A stretch of 55,941 nucleotides of DNA. Source: a virus. Taxonomy: Duplodnaviria; Caudoviricetes. Position 1 is the first letter of the stretch. Each line of letters begins with the position of its first letter. Positions 55,287-55,941 of this stretch are shown piece by piece. The stretch spans positions 1 to 55,941 of IMG/VR virus record IMGVR_UViG_3300021087_000017, one strand, 5' to 3'. A program made the position numbers and the translations under genes. Under the pieces are notes generated by a model. The model was not told the origin of the DNA. It saw only the letters and a list, made by a program, of their open reading frames with translations, and made no database searches.

Positions 55287-55335
55287 GCATAGAATACTTG
55301 CTCACCTAATATTAAAGATGAGCAAGTATTTATGC
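55287..55335 (-). terminator. Intergenic hairpin (terminator or processing site)
   Basis: AATACTTGCTCA-14nt-TGAGCAAGTATT extended by gcata/tatgc. Confidence 0.5.
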
Positions 55336-55346
55336 ATACTTAGTTA

Positions 55347-55940
55347 CTAGGAAACACTAGCACTAAACGGCGTAGCCTCTGTACCAGAAGCATTAAGCAA
55401 ACCACTAACCGTGTACTGGTTAGTAGCAATATCCGTTAATAGGAGATAATCCCCAATTTGTACACCACCCTGCGTAGTACCATTAAGAGTAATAGTATCT
55501 GTAGCAGCAACGGTAGGCCAAGAGATAAGAGAGGCCGTTCCACCAGCCGTAGTATCATTTGTAACAACTACCGAACCATCAATCGTATCAGTCGCATCAG
55601 CAACCTTAATAACATAGTTAGAAGTGTTGACAACAGATACAATAAATTTATACTCATCACCTGAACCCGTAGCCGCTGGCAGCGTAAACGTAGCTGCCGC
55701 ATCACCGCCGACTTCTCCCATAAGAAGAATACGACCGGCATGTTCTGCTTGCGTAATTGCATCAGTTCCAGTAAGAGTTACTAAATCTCGTACAAACGAT
55801 CCCCCAAGAGTAGTAGTACCTGCAGTGACAGTAACCCCACCGGCAGTAACCGTTAAACCACCTGAAGTTACCGTCATGCCATCTTCAACAAAAACATCTT
55901 CAGGGACACGAGATACTCCTTGTGTCATTTTAAAACTAGC
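55347..55940 (-). CDS. Virion structural/decoration protein; true start is the ATG at 204 across the circular junction
   Basis: The frame continues as MASFKMTQGV with an AAAGGA RBS near 214-219; paralog of 230..715. Confidence 0.7.
   Translation of the reverse strand, partial: ASFKMTQGVSRVPEDVFVEDGMTVTSGGLTVTAGGVTVTAGTTTLGGSFVRDLVTLTGTDAITQAEHAGRILLMGEVGGDAAATFTLPAATGSGDEYKFIVSVVNTSNYVIKVADATDTIDGSVVVTNDTTAGGTASLISWPTVAATDTITLNGTTQGGVQIGDYLLLTDIATNQYTVSGLLNASGTEATPFSASVS
55740..55940. repeat. Terminal direct repeat from circular assembly (copy 2)
   Basis: Matches 1-201. Confidence 0.95.
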
Positions 55941-55941
55941 A

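Overview
The window is a complete, circularly assembled podovirus genome with a unit length of 55,739 bp. Bases 1-201 repeat at 55740-55940 inside a gene, so this is an assembly overlap rather than a real terminal repeat. Gene content fits the marine HMO-2011-type group that infects Alphaproteobacteria: family A DNA polymerase with a DnaJ-type CxxCxGxG insertion, tyrosine integrase upstream of primase/helicase, class II RNR, ThyX, MazG, T7-like structural module and no recognisable phage RNA polymerase. The + arm (about 16.9-38.6 kb) carries early and replication genes. The - arm (16.0 kb leftward, wrapping to 38.6 kb) carries basic proteins, lysis, packaging, head, tail, fibre and internal virion genes. 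The most unusual signals are missing from the ORF track: (1) five copies of a CC/(Y)UAC-type asymmetric RNA internal loop in the scaffold and capsid leaders; (2) a repeated palindrome-plus-RBS cassette head, sometimes with a hairpin promoter, in front of early genes; (3) an uncalled 41-aa, 9-Cys metallothionein-like peptide; (4) shared xxxGG and GLxxRR peptide tags across unrelated late proteins. All calls come from reading motifs by eye; no database searches or folding programs were run.
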